From: Lama guanicoe
Taxonomy: Eukaryota
NCBI GenBank assembly: GCA_013239625.1
Contig: MU054118.1
Span: 1-64,000, forward strand
Direction: 5' to 3'
Length of the DNA: 64,000 nt
A program made the translations under genes and the position numbers. The number at the start of each line of letters is the position of its first letter. Position 1 is the first letter of the stretch. The notes under the pieces were generated by a model. The model saw only the letters and a list, made by a program, of their open reading frames with translations, had not been told where the DNA came from and made no database searches. Below are positions 13,003-25,578 of the stretch, piece by piece.

Positions 13003-13860
13003 CCCTCCTGCCTGCCTGCTCCCAGCTCACATTCACGGTCACCAACCTGTTGCAGACTTCCTGCTGCTGGGAGCCCAGCCCTCCAGGAGATCCCCCCAAC
13101 AACTGCTTCCCTCCAGCACCCTGGCACCATCCTCACTGCTGCCTCATCACAGCACTTTTTACTTCTCAGAGGAAGTGGAGGCAACCGGAGGAAATCACCC
13201 CCATCTCTCACCACTTCTGCCCCTACCAGTACCCACACCCACCTCTCCTCTCCTCCTTTCTGATTTTCCAGAGGTGAACTGTCCATGTTCCCACCTGAAG
13301 CCAACCCTCCCACTGGGCCCGGGACCCCATTACAACCCCTCCACTCGAGGACTCGGCTCTACGACTCCCCTCATCATGCACTTCTTCCTGGCTACTGCAT
13401 CTTTCCAAAAAGCACAAACATTCTATTATTCATTCATACCATGATTTCTCTCATTAAATTCAAAACAAGGCAAATGAAAAGTCTTCCTGACTGCCCCCTC
13501 CCCCCAACCTTTTACACCCTTTCCTCCAGCAGGTCTATACCATTAAGTAGCCAATTCCACTTCTCCTGTTCCCACTCTGTTTGCCTTTCACAGCCACCTG
13601 CCCATGGAAACTGCTTGTCCAATGCCAACGGCCTCCTTCCTGCTAAACTCCAAGGTCAGCTGTCAGTCCTCATTCTCTCTCAGCAGCAGTGGACACAGCA
13701 GATCTACTCTTCTCTATATACTCTACCCACGTGGCTTCAGAAGTGCACGTGCTCAGGTTGCCTCAACCTTGCTCTGTCCTTGCAGGTCACCCCCTCCCTC
13801 TTTAGGTCAGCACACCCTGGGCTCAGGCCTTGGGTTTGCTTTTTCTCTCCAGACATGCTC
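12480..13860. mobile_element. Degenerate L2 LINE fragments
   Basis: Long C/T-rich tract with L2-like motifs such as aaactccaaggtcagctgtcagtcctcattctctctcagcagcagtggacacag. Boundaries approximate. Confidence 0.6.
12975..13002 (+). repeat. (CA)n microsatellite
   Basis: Perfect AC run of about 14 units. Confidence 0.95.
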
Positions 13861-14500
13861 CCTTGATAATCTTTTTTTTTTTTTAGTTTTTTTTTGGGGG
13901 GGTAGTGAGATAATTAGATTTATTTACTTAATTTCTTCTTTTTTTTTTTTTTAAATGGAGATACCGGGGATTGAACCCAGAGCTTCCTGACTCCACCCTC
14001 CTGCCAGCTACTGCCCCCTCCCCCCAACCTTTTACACCCTTTCCTCCAGCAGGTCTATACCATTAAGCAGCCAATTCCACTTCTCCTGTTCCCACTCTGT
14101 TTGCCTTTCACAGCCACCTGCCCATGGAAACTGCTTGTCCAATGCCAACGGCCTCCTTCCTGCTAAACTCCAAGGTCAGCTGTCAGTCCTCATTCTCTCT
14201 CAGCAGCAGTGGACACAGCAGATCTACTCTTCTCTATATACTCTACCCACGTGGCTTCAGAAGTGCACGTGCTCAGGTTGCCTCAACCTTGCTCTGTCCT
14301 TGCAGGTCACCCCCTCCCTCTTTAGGTCAGCACACCCTGGGCTCAGGCCTTGGGTTTGCTTTTTCTCTCCAGACATGCTCCCTTGATAATCTTTTTTTTT
14401 TTTTAGTTTTTTTTTGGGGGGGTAGTGAGATAATTAGATTTATTTACTTAATTTCTTCTTCTTTTTTTTTTTAAATGGAGATACCGGGGATTGAACCCAG
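13483..14500 (+). repeat. Near-identical direct duplication, 520-bp period
   Basis: 13491-13980 equals 14011-14500 apart from two substitutions that I could see (13548 vs 14068; 13941 vs 14461). Copy 1 also lacks 20 bp near its start. Confidence 0.95.
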
Positions 14501-14555
14501 GATCTCATGCATGCTAAGCATACACTCTACCATATGAGCTATACCCTCCCCACCC
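14395..14555 (-). mobile_element. tRNA-derived SINE (camelid Vic-1-like)
   Basis: The reverse complement reads gggagggtatagctcatatggtagagtg...ctgggttcaatccccgg (Pol III A/B boxes) followed by an A-rich tail. TSD ccttgataatcttt. Confidence 0.88.
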
Positions 14556-14579
14556 CCTTGATAATCTTTGTCAAGTTTC

Positions 14580-14955
14580 AGAGAATATTACATCTAATGA
14601 AGTAAGTCAGATGGAGAAAAACAAATACTATAGATCACTTGCATGGGGAATCTCAAAAATAATACAAATGAACATATATGAAAACAGAAAGACTCACAGA
14701 CAGAAAAGAAACTTGTGGTTAACAAGGGGAGGTGAGGGGGAGGACAAATTAAAGGTACAGGATTAATGGACACAAACTACTGTACATAAAATTGTAAAGC
14801 AACAAGGACTTACTGTACAGCACAGGGAAGTCTACCCAATGTCTTGTAATAGCCTGTAACAGAATATAATCTGCGAAAAAATTGATTCATTTTGCTGTAC
14901 TCCTTAAACTAACCCAATACTGTAAATACATTACACTGCAATTAAGAAAAAAACA
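14580..14955 (+). mobile_element. L1 3' end
   Basis: gaagtaagtcagatggagaaaaacaaatac...tactgtacagcacaggg...A-rich tail. Confidence 0.85.
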
Positions 14956-15098
14956 ACCCATGGCTTCAAAAATATTCATTTTTAACAACACTCGATACCT
15001 ACAGTCCACACCTCCCTCTCAGCCCTAGAATCCCATCTAACCACCTCCTTGCCATCTCCACTTGCACACAGAACAGGCATCTCACAATTAGCATCTCA

Positions 15099-15160
15099 NN
15101 NNNNNNNNNNNNNNNNNNNNNNNNNNNNNNNNNNNNNNNNNNNNNNNNNNNNNNNNNNNN
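15099..15160. other. Assembly gap (62 N)
   Basis: Run of n in the sequence. Confidence 1.
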
Positions 15161-16060
15161 CTGGAGAGGAATTCTTCCAGCTGCTCAAGCCACATACCCT
15201 GCCATCACCAATGACGCCTCTCTCACAACCCCAAACCCCTCTTTTAGACTTTTGACTCTATCTTCTAAATACATCCCCATCCAATAGCTTCTCATTACCA
15301 CCACTGCCACCACCCTGGATCGGGCCCCATCACTCCCAGCCCAGATTCCTCAAATCCCCTTTTAACTGATCTCTGTGCTTCTTCCTGTGCCTCTATGGTG
15401 TGTGTCTATATTTGTGAGCATATGGTCAATGACATCAGCCCGAGAAATCTGTCTAAAGGATACATCAGGTGAAGTCACTGCCATGCTCGGTGCTCACAAC
15501 TTCCCAGGCGCTCACCTTTCCACACTGAATGAAAGCCCAAGGCTGCTTAATGCCCTAGAAAAGCCGACCGTGCCTGTCCCTGTGATGCCCGATCTCCCCT
15601 CCCCCTCCCCTCTCTGCCCACTCTGCCCCAGCCATGTGGGCTTCTATGTTGACCCCCAAAATGCCAGGCATTCCTCCCTCTTTGGGACTTTTGGACTGAC
15701 TGCTTCATTTTTCTGGAATATGCTTCCCACACACACCCACACAGCCAATCCCAATTCCTCCTACAAGTCTTCGTTCAAAGGGCTCTCTCACCGAGGCCGA
15801 CGCTATCTTATATCAAGTGGTGACCTGCTGGACTCCACCGACACTCTCGCTCTGCTTTCTATTTCTCCTTAGCATGTAACATCATTTACTTATTTGTATG
15901 CTTGTTGTTAAGTGTCTGTCCCTCCTCATCAGATGACAGCTCCACGAGATGGGGGAGGGGAGGTGGCGCTGCCTTGTTTACCAACGTACATAGAGGGCGT
16001 CCAACAGTGCCTAGACCCAGGTCGGTGCCCCAAAACACATGTTATATGAATGAATTTGGA
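15161..16060. mobile_element. L2 LINE 3' region
   Basis: L2-like pyrimidine-rich tract ending aacagtgcctagacccaggtcggtgccccaaaacacatgttatatgaatgaat. Confidence 0.65.
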
Positions 16061-17398
16061 TAAAGTAAACTTCAGAAATGTTGGGAGTTACTTTATCTAA
16101 AATAAATATAATAGAGTAAGTAATATTAAAAACAAAATTTCATTCTCTTGCTCTCAAAGGTACAGACAGGATGAATACTCCTAAAACATTAATGAATAAA
16201 ACCTCTACACTCCTCTTGATGATTCTAAAATTTGGGAAACGTTCTGAGTGTTTTTCTTAACATTAAGCACTAGATCCAGCAGAGGGTTAGTTACTAACAA
16301 CAATGACTAGATGACAGCCGCACAAGCAGGTGCTCCACAGAAAAGGAAGGGTAAGTAAGAGAACACAAGGCGCCTGTTAGGGGAAGGGATCTGAGGTCCC
16401 CACGTTAAGACCAGGAGGAAAGGATGCTGCATCAAGCCAGCAGAATCTGATTCCCGTGTGCACAGAACAGCCACCACTCCGGCTGCTCTCCTGCACGCGG
16501 ACAGAGACAAGCCCTACAACAGACGTGCGCAGGCTGCTGCAGAGGACGCACAGCCACACAGACAGGAGAGAGGCTTCACTGCTGAAAGAATTCTAATAGA
16601 GTCCACGTGGTCCTGGGATGGATCGCTGCAGGGAAAGGCAGGGGAGACACTTTAAGCTGGAAGTGAGTTTCCCAGTGAGGCTAGTTCTCCTCCGTCACAG
16701 CAAGCAGCAGTGATGGCCTTGGTCGCCTATTTGGCTGAACCACAAAGGAAAACACGAAGCACTTCTGGCTCTACTGCCCTCCTGGCCCCGCCAGAGTCTA
16801 AAGGCAGCAGGAACACTGGTCTGACTTGAGCATTTCTATTCCTATTAATAGTGCCGTGGGCTCCTAAGTGGGAAATTGCCCTTTCCTCCCGCCAAAATGG
16901 ATGATTCCACCAGGAAATAACTGAGAGGCACTGGGATGTATAAACGCATGCAGGTGATTGATAAAACATCCGGACTCCCCAACACTAGATCAAACTCACA
17001 TCCAGATATTTCTCTCTGTATCCACTTTCATTTGCATGTTGCCCTTTGCATTCTGAATTGATAGCTTTTTTCTGGAAAACATTTTGGATATTACAAAGCC
17101 AACCAGATGAGGAGGGGTTTGACTCTCCAATCTCATATTCACCACCCATACTTTCTGGGTCTCATTCAGGAAAACCTAGAACTAATGATAAAAAAAACAA
17201 ACAAACCCTGAACTGAACTGAACTGAATCTATCTTTCAGAGATGGAATGTAGCACCAATTAAACTTAAGATTAATTTTTTCTACAAATAAGGAAAGTTTC
17301 ACAGAAGGAAAGAAGGAAACAGGGAAAGTAGAGAATAAGGAAAACAAAATAATACATTATATGTACAGAATTTTATTATGAAAAGTGTGTATAATTAC

Positions 17399-17659
17399 CT
17401 TTTTTCCTAGCTTGATTTGAGGCAGGGATGGATCTCAAGATTTTGCTTTTCATAATGCTCTTTGAAGTTCTCTTTTCAAGAGTAGAAAATGTCTTGAATG
17501 GTGAGCTGGGTTTGCCATAGTCTGAGCTCCTCACTGATGCATATAATCCACTCTGGGGTGTTCTTTTAAACAAGGAAGGGCACTTCTGTCCTTCCTGTGT
17601 GGTAGCTGTGTACCAGTCCCAGCCCCTGCTTCTCCAGAACTCAGTCGAGATCTAAAAGT
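17399..17659 (-). pseudogene. CEP162: CEP162-like exon remnant
   Basis: cacag|ACT acceptor and G|GTAATT donor. Encodes TFRSRLSSGEAGAGTGTQLPHRKDRSALP, then a 1-nt frameshift to LFKRTPQSGLYASVRSSDYGKPSSPFKTFSTLEKRTSKSIMKSKILRSIPASNQARKK. Confidence 0.9.
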
Positions 17660-18509
17660 CTGTGCACAAGACAAACTCTTCAGTACTTAAACGTCAGTGA
17701 TAGTTGTAAATACGATTTAACAGATGGCAAAACCATAGTGATTACTGAAGAACACGGTTTGTAGAAGGCAAGCAATGACATTCAAGTTCTCCAAGCCTAA
17801 TTCATCAGAATTTTAGTATTCTAAAGGAGTAAAAAAAAGCAAAATAATAAAACAAAATAGGCTTGCCAGAGAGCAAGACATGTAATTACAAGAAGGAACA
17901 TGGAGGAGAGTGGGGAATAGCACAGCTGAAATGACTTAAAGTCTTATATTTTTTCTCCAGCTTTCTCAAGGTAAAAACTGATTAGCACCCTGCCTTATTC
18001 CACAAGGAACTGGAGATAGTTTATGGTTAGTTTATGGTAAACACATAGATCAAAACCGTAAAATAAAAATGCAATACTGGGGTCACAGAGACTATAAATC
18101 AGAATAAATCAAGAACACAGAAACAAGGAACAGTGAAGTATAAGTTTCTCAACAGTCGCTAACAGCATTTATATGAAATGCCAACTCACCTTTTGCAAAA
18201 CACATAGGGTTAAGATTGAATAAAAAGCACTAGAATAAACTTAATTTTCTTATGTTACTCAAATTCTGGACTATGTTTATTTAAAAAAATGTAAAGAATA
18301 GCTTCTAAAAGAAAGTTAATGCTACAGTGGCATTTTAAAATCTGGGGACAACAGGGTGTTGTAACAGCTACTGCTCACAGATACCCAGGATCCACGTGGA
18401 GGTTAGTCTGTAATCAGTCCCACTGGCTCACGAAGTACATACCTATCAGCAGTATTTATGTAACTTCTTTTATCACTATGTCAATTCAGTATAAACTATA
18501 AACACTTAC

Positions 18510-18791
18510 CTTATGTATTTTGTCATCCTGGGGTAATTATCAAGGAATAACAGATTTTTTTCCTTCAAAATATCAAGGTACATTTTATCTATTTGTTCTT
18601 CCACAGTATTTACTCTTGGACAGTTATTTTCTGTACCTTCATGTGTTGACTTTTGTAAAACTATATGCTCTTCATTTTTGTCCAAAAATTGGTTCACATT
18701 TTGTGCTTCTTGAGACATAACATTTGGATGCATCTTAAGGGGTGAAGGGTTAACAAATTCAGCTTCTTTATTCTCAGCCAGTTTCTTATAG
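18510..18791 (-). pseudogene. CEP162: CEP162-like exon remnant (most 5' one found)
   Basis: ttttatag acceptor and AAG|GTAAGT donor. Encodes KLAENKEAEFVNPSPLKMHPNVMSQEAQNVNQFLDKNEEHIVLQKST...EEQIDKMYLDILK, then frameshifts before PQDDKIHK. Confidence 0.88.
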
Positions 18792-19699
18792 CTATAAAAC
18801 AAAACAGGACACAGAGGACGAACCCTGTATGGCTCCTCAAAATTAACATATATGTATACACATGATATACAAGAAAACGCATTTAATTATTAACATATAT
18901 AATACTATTAAATATATTTAATACCTGTAACTCTCAAATTAGGTCATTAATGTTAAATATATTACAATTCTGGTTAACAGAGTATACTCACATAGTGTCA
19001 CATAATTGTTTTAAACTTCAGATAATAATTTTAATACAGTATAATATTAGGGATTTCATGGTTGACTTGAAGACCTACACTTGAAGACCCAAAGGAAAGC
19101 CAAACCAAATAAGACTGAGATTGCTTTTGTTTAAGAAAAATAAAAAATGAATCTAAATGGCCCTTTTTTAATATATCTTTTATCCATATTATAAAGTCAA
19201 CATACATTTGAGGCAGGAAAAACATTTCATACATTTCCAGTAGAAACTAAAGAAGCAACCATAATTTACGTCAATGAAGCATAAAATATAAATATTAAAA
19301 TCCATGAATTTCATCACAGTGTAAGAAAATCTTGAAACAAATTCACTAGGATTTTTAAATGAAATCACTCCTGTGGCTTAAAATACTTAAATGCAATGTA
19401 ACATTTCAGAACATTACATTTTTAAAATATGAGAAATACCCCTTAAGGAAATGTTATAAATGTGGGTGAACATCAGCATATTATGGGAGCTCCAAAAATA
19501 CAGATATTGTCATTTTCAAATCACCTTAATCATGGTCAATGAGGTCACTTCATTTTGTAATTTATAAAATAAGATTACAAAAAATTTAAGAGGCTACCGA
19601 TTCAATGAGGTAGATTGGCTTCTCAACAATTGCTAGAAATAACTGTGAGAAGTAGCTGGGATGGTCAGAAAACCTAAGTGCCCTTCCTTCTTCGTGGTG

Positions 19700-21500
19700 G
19701 CAGAAGCCAGCCGGCCGCTCACTAACACTGCTCCCCATGCATTGCCCCTCACCAGCTGAGCCGCACTCCGCTCCGCCTCCAGTCTACACGGGGCCATCAC
19801 CAGTTCTGGCCTTTGGAATGTGAGGCGACGGTGAGCAGAAGTTAAAATTCGTGTCATGGGCTTAGTGGTCAGGTTCTGGGTGGCAAGGAAACTGATACTA
19901 GAGGCTGGAGAGGGGCCAACTCACATTTTAGGAAAAGTGACAAAACATTTGCTAAGCTGTCACCTACAGTGGTTCACAAGGCCGACCACTGGCGCCTGAG
20001 CCTGGGGTCCTTGGCAGAGTCTGAGAACGGCAGGAGAGGACAGGGAGTGTTGAAGTGCCGGCAACTACTGGCTACTGCTGGCAAGATACTACGTGAAACA
20101 GATGAGCTCAAGACAGAACGGGCTGATCTTTAATGAAGGAATCCAAGGGAACAGAGTCTAGAAACTCAGGGCCTCTTAGGTTCACTCTCTGCATCTGGAC
20201 TCACACAGTAAGATTCAGCACTGAAAAATGCTGTGAAAAAGCAAGATTTCATGAGAACTCCTGGTTGAAGAGTGACTCAGTTCCTTGGCAAATATCACAT
20301 TAGAGGTGTCATCTTCAAACTTAAGATTATTGCTCCTCATAATAACCAGACAGCTGCAATTAAACTGAGAAAAAAAACCAACAAAAACTAATGTTCTGTA
20401 ATTATAGTTACTGCCACATGGGACTGCCTGGAACCAAACAGATCAGAAGCCGAAAAACTTTTTGAAGGAGTTGTAATGACAAAGATGACAAAGAAACCAC
20501 AACTCTACTTAAAAAAAAAAAAAAGCTAGAGACTTGTCTGGCAGCCTTAGAACCACCTACCTGCAGGCAGAAAGTAGGTGGAGAAGAGTGCATTCTCAAT
20601 GGGCGTCCCCTCCCACCAAAGCCCATGTCAGTTGAAGCCAGTGGTGAAGGGACACAAGACCACTGGAACCAGGAGCTCCATGGAACAACACATTTATAAA
20701 GCAGTTCCTCCTTAAGAGCAGAATAATGGCCTAATTAAGGAAAATGCCCAACTTGAAGGTAGGGGGTCTTCCTTAGGTCTTTCAGTGGCTCTCAAAGCTG
20801 TGTTACTGATTTCCATAGCTTCCTCACTCTTTCCTTTCTGGATAGGAGTGTTCTTGCAGATTCACTGTCATATACGGGGTGAAGTAGGAAGTGACTTGGC
20901 TTTCAATTCACTGATTAGTAGACAATGAGGAGCTACACTGAAACCTGACAAAGAGAACCATGCTTCACCTGGAAATCCTTACCATTCTGAATGGGACTCT
21001 GGGCTGTTTGCTTTGGGGAGGGGCTGAGTAGGTCTTTGTTCAAGGAAGAGTAGACAGGTTATCTGGCTGTTAGAAGGGGAGTTTCTGGTAGAGATTGGCT
21101 AGACACCTACCAAATGCATTTACATTTCTTTCTGGGCACACAAGCAAATCACATTTTCTAGCCCTCTTGGACCTAGTTTAGCTGGATGTGCTGGTTCTTA
21201 CCAACACAATGTGGGCTGAAGGGAGGTAACACTCCTGTGATTAGGCAGTTAAAAGGAAGCATGCTAACCATCTATTTTCTTTCCTCATTGACTGATAAGG
21301 CCAGGAGGACCTCAAAACCATGTGTTGATGACAAAAAGCCTCCTGGGTCCCTAAATGACTATGTGGAGCAGAGTCCCACCCCCAACTCCATTGAGACATG
21401 TGGAATTAGGATGTGAGCAAGACAGAAATTGCTGATGATATTAAACTACTGAAATTTCAAGGACTATTTGTTACAGCAGCTAGGATTACTTATCCTATGG
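19700..21500 (+). mobile_element. MaLR (MLT1) internal remnants plus LTR
   Basis: LTR-like end at ~21090-21495 (cctgggtccctaaatgactatgtggagcagag...tatttgttacagcagc) with degenerate MaLR-int-like sequence upstream. Confidence 0.55.
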
Positions 21501-21999
21501 TTTACTAATGGGTTTTTGGATATGCGTACTCAACTTTCTACTACTGACACACCTATAATTATTTTTATGCCTTTAATTTAAGTATACTTGTTTTCAGCTT
21601 TTAAGCACCAACGTAAACATCTCTATTTAGAATTCACATTACTAAAATTGTGTCAGTTATGCCAACAAAGACACAAGATGTGTAGAAAAATCCCTTCAGT
21701 GACCCAAGTGTAGCCCCAAACAGCAGTGATAAGGGAGCACAATTAGCCCCATAAAAACACTAACTAGCACCACAGACCAGGGGAGAAGGCTAGACTCAGT
21801 GGTCAAGTAGACAGGGTTTAGGGTGAGCCACAGCACATCGCTTTCTCTCAACTAGCACATGCAGTACAAACAAGGCCAGGAGATCACTGCAGGTGGATTT
21901 CATGATGAGCATGGGGTTCAAGGAGGGGCTCAAAAACTTGTCTGTTGATAACACAAATGAACAAATGATACAAGAATGGATGACAGGCTTTTCACAGAA

Positions 22000-22235
22000 A
22001 TATTTCATGGGGTTCAAAGACCTGACAATCCAACTGCATTGCTGGGTTATGGCCATGTGATCTTAAACAATTTATTTAACCTCTTTAAGCCTAGGTTTCT
22101 TATCTATGAAATGGGGATGATAATGGAGACTATACCTCATGAGGCTACTGTAAGAGTAAATGAAATCTAGTATGTAAAGAACCTTGCACAATACCAAGCT
22201 CACAGTAAGCAGGTGGTAAAAATGTTTGCTGTCAT
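22000..22235. mobile_element. MIR SINE
   Basis: gtgatcttaaacaatttatttaacctctttaagcctaggtttcttatctatgaaatggggatgataat. Confidence 0.8.
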
Positions 22236-22519
22236 CATCTGGTTCTTGTGAGAGCCCCGCCACTAAGTTGGTTCACCTCAGTCTCATCACTTGAATGATG
22301 AGGATAAAGATGCCTGACCTACTTATTATGTAGATCTCATAAGAAAATGGATGTGACACTTGTCTAATGACAAGGCTATTGTGACATGCTACTCTGTGCT
22401 GGTGAATGACAGCAAGGCCCCACAAGCTTCCATTAAAAGCTACTGGAACTGGAACATTTTCACAAAGTCCTTTTCTCTTGTGACCAAAGAACTCACCCTA
22501 GGAGATGAAAGTATCTATT

Positions 22520-23045
22520 TTCACCTTTAAGAAAAGGTGAAAACACACCTACCCAATTGCTAAGTAACTCCACTCAGAGGTATACAATTAACAGAAAGAA
22601 ATGTGTGCTATGTGCAGGGAACGCTATGTACAAGATTTACCATAGCTGCATTATTTAAGGAGCCCCAAACTGCACATAACCCAAATGTCCATCAGCAGTA
22701 GAACAGAGAAATAAACTGCAGTATATTCTTATGATAGTATCTTAAACTTCAGTGAAAATGAGAAAGCTAATGCCACATACAAAATAGTATACATCTCACA
22801 AACGCAATGCTGTATGAAGGCAGCGGGGGGAGGAGAGAGCAGATATATAATCCTGTTTTTATTAAATTCAAAAACAAGCCAAACTAACCTCTGATCACAA
22901 AGTCAGAACAGTAGTTAACTCTGGGGTGAATAGATTATTTGACTGGGCCAGGACACAGGGAGACTTCACAGTACTTGACAGGTTTGGATTTAGGTTATGG
23001 TTACAGAAGCATGTTCACTTTGTAAAAGTTCATCAATATAGAAAA
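22520..23045 (+). mobile_element. Old L1 (L1ME/L1MC-like) 3' region
   Basis: aacccaaatgtccatcagcagtagaacagagaaataaactgcagtatattc...aaattcaaaaacaagccaaactaa. Confidence 0.7.
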
Positions 23046-23051
23046 GTTCAT

Positions 23052-23137
23052 TTCTGGTCAAGATGGTGGAGTAGTGGGACCACGAGCTCACCCCTCCTCA
23101 TGCCTAAAACAAAACCACAACCGACTGCTAAACCGCC
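23052..23137 (+). mobile_element. Truncated L1 5'-UTR start
   Basis: ttctggtcaagatggtggagtag...gagctcacccctcctcatg resembles the start of cetartiodactyl L1 (caagatggcggagtag, YY1-type site) and stops abruptly. Confidence 0.6.
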
Positions 23138-23494
23138 TCTTCTCCCAGGAGTAATGTTTTTCTTCTGTGAAGTGTTTTATCGACTTGGACTGATGACCTT
23201 TGTTTGAAATAATCCATCAAGGCATGAATCCTATTGCATGGAAAAAGTCACTTCAAGAAGATAAAAATCAGTTAAAAAAAAAAAGAAGATAAAAATCTAA
23301 AACATATTATATAAACGTAGTAATACTACTACTTTTATTATATAAACGTAGTACTGAAAACTATATTTTATTTGGATGAGTGCTAAGCTTTTAAATCAAC
23401 TAGCTGATTCAGAGAGGAGTAAAATTTATTCTCAGAAAAAAATACTAAAAAAAATCTAATAAAGGTAATGATAATGATAATTATTTGTAATATT

Positions 23495-23610
23495 GAGAGC
23501 TTGTTAAAAATGGAGATCTGAAGCATCTCCCCAGGCCTACTAAATCAGAGTGTGCATTTTAACAAGATTCACTGGGATTCCTGGGCAAATAAATGTTAGA
23601 GAAGCACTTA
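23495..23610. mobile_element. MER5-like hAT relic
   Basis: gagcttgttaaaaatg...ggcctactaaatcagag...gcattttaacaagattc...agaagcact. Confidence 0.65.
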
Positions 23611-24333
23611 TTCAGTGTCCCTAATTGTCCCTAGGGAAGGAAGAGCCAGACTGAGATTCACTGCCAGTCAGCACTCACAATGATTTGCATAATAAATACA
23701 CATGATGGAAGATTTAAATAACTAGTAAACTTTGATTTTCCTTAGCATAGTGAAAAATCTTGAATAAAAAGGCAGCGCAAAATTTATTTTTATAAAAACT
23801 AACAAGCCTTTTATATAATTGCAAAGCATTTTATTTGGATAGGCCATCTACTTCTTAGGGCAACTGGCTGTAGGGCAGGTGGAGACTCAGAGGTTCTGCT
23901 GCGTGTGTATGAAGCTGGTTAGCATGTGGATTCAGTGTCAGGCATCAGGACCACTCCTCAGCCAGCGCTGTGAGCTGCCCTATGGACACCTCTCACCCAG
24001 AGTCTGTGCTAGTGAAAGATGATAAGCATCGCTCTCCTTCTGCAGACTGCTATTTCACTGAGGGTGGGGCAGAAGGGAGGGGTTGATGTGAGGATTCTAA
24101 TGAGTATTTTTTCATATCAGTTTTGTATAAGTGAACTAAACTAAGCATACAATTTTATACGATAAGTTTTTGCTCATATTCTAAAGCATTGTATGGCTTT
24201 CGGGATTGAAGTTTAAATTTTTATAAATTAACTATTAATTAGTTTTTTATAGCTAAAATTCATATGTATTAAGATTTGAATTTAGTAAAAGACAGTGATT
24301 TGAAAAGCATGGGTTTTGTCATTTTCTAAATTT

Positions 24334-24391
24334 AAAAAAAATTTTGTTTTATTGAGTTATAGTTAGTTTACAATGTTGCATCAATTTCCAG
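24334..24391 (-). mobile_element. Very short L1 3' stub
   Basis: tttattgagttatagttagtttacaatgttgcatcaatttccag is the reverse complement of the L1 tail at 36550-36590; flanked by ctaaattt on both sides. Confidence 0.75.
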
Positions 24392-25443
24392 TCTAAATTT
24401 TTAATATAAATTCCTCCTTGCCTTTTTGGTTTTGCAAGAGAAAAATCTGAAGAAAAGCTTTTAAAAGAAAATTTGTAACCTGTATCAAGAAACAAGTATC
24501 CCAGAATTTCCAAGGCATTTGTCAATGTTCTACTACTTCATGATTAATTTACTCTTTTAAGTTTGTTATGTTTCCTAAAGTTATTATATTTTGACATCTG
24601 GCAGTACAGAGAGATTGATTAATCTACTTTTAGACTCAAATAAACAAGGAGGCCATTTTTTGTTACGCAAATGTACATTTCTGACCTTAGTAGAGAATTT
24701 ACATACTGGTTTTAAATAAATTCACAGTGGTTCATAGAGCTTTGCTTTAAGTAGCATAAACTCCTGATTATAAAAGATAGAGTCAGAGTGTTTCCAGGAT
24801 CAGGGTAGTGATTTTGACGCTCCTGAAAATAGGGATGTTTTATTTGTCATTAAAGATCAAACACCAGCACCTAGTCATTACCTTAAAAAAAGTTGATATG
24901 AATATTACTTTTGGTAGTTTTTTATTCATTTAATAGAGATTCTGAGTCAATGCGGTCTTTAGAGAAAGTGCATTACAACGTATAAAAATGTGATGAATGA
25001 CTTGCTGTAACAGCATAATAGTCCTTTGTCTTAATTACACTTCACTTTATAAAATTATAATAGCACATGGTTCAGAGGTTAATTCTATTTCTCTTTCCTG
25101 ACCCGCTGCTGATCACGGGCATGCACTGTGAATTCAGGCATTCCTATCAGATTTTCACTTATTTGCAAATGAGCCATGATTGCTGAATTCTCTTTCCTTA
25201 GGATCCTCTATAAATCAGAGACCATTCCATTCAAAGAAATGACTTTCTCCTTCTCCCCTCAAACATCAAAGTAAACAAGAGTGAGTCACATCCTTTCATA
25301 TTACATTGTAACAGGTCCACTATGTTTGGTTACCCTTACTTTCTGAAATATGTCTATAAGGACTACAGTTCTTTATATTTGCAATACTTCTCTTATTAGC
25401 TTTGTTTGCACTGATTTTTGTTCTTAAGTAATTTACCTTCTAA

Positions 25444-25578
<135 letters not shown>

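Larger units (their letters stand above)
779..18791 (-). pseudogene. CEP162: Unprocessed (intron-containing) partial pseudogene of CEP162 (centrosomal protein 162 / KIAA1009 / QN1); probably continues off the left edge
   Basis: Eight collinear exon remnants on the minus strand, most with AG/GT boundaries, translate to CEP162-like peptides in the expected order, e.g. QSGLYASVRSSDYGKPSSP, QQEKELFQLSQDNYILRAK, ENEKLYNQVKDL, LLEDLKRLKQDKQALEAD, GEKLYEIK...LQKRLQQCAENQELL. Most carry stops or frameshifts. Confidence 0.93.

Noticed and set aside
12429..13954. Cluster of long overlapping ORFs (up to 222 aa)
   Set aside because: Low-complexity L2 and (CA)n-derived sequence that is poor in stop codons; no domain recognisable.
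14480..14555. tRNA gene (also at ~29970-30046 and ~42950-43020)
   Set aside because: These are tRNA-derived SINE heads with A-rich tails (and TSDs in two cases), not tRNAs.
17000..17175. Candidate minus-strand exon with good AG/GT sites
   Set aside because: Contains stops and does not resemble CEP162; the next expected CEP162 peptide is encoded at 9214-9333.
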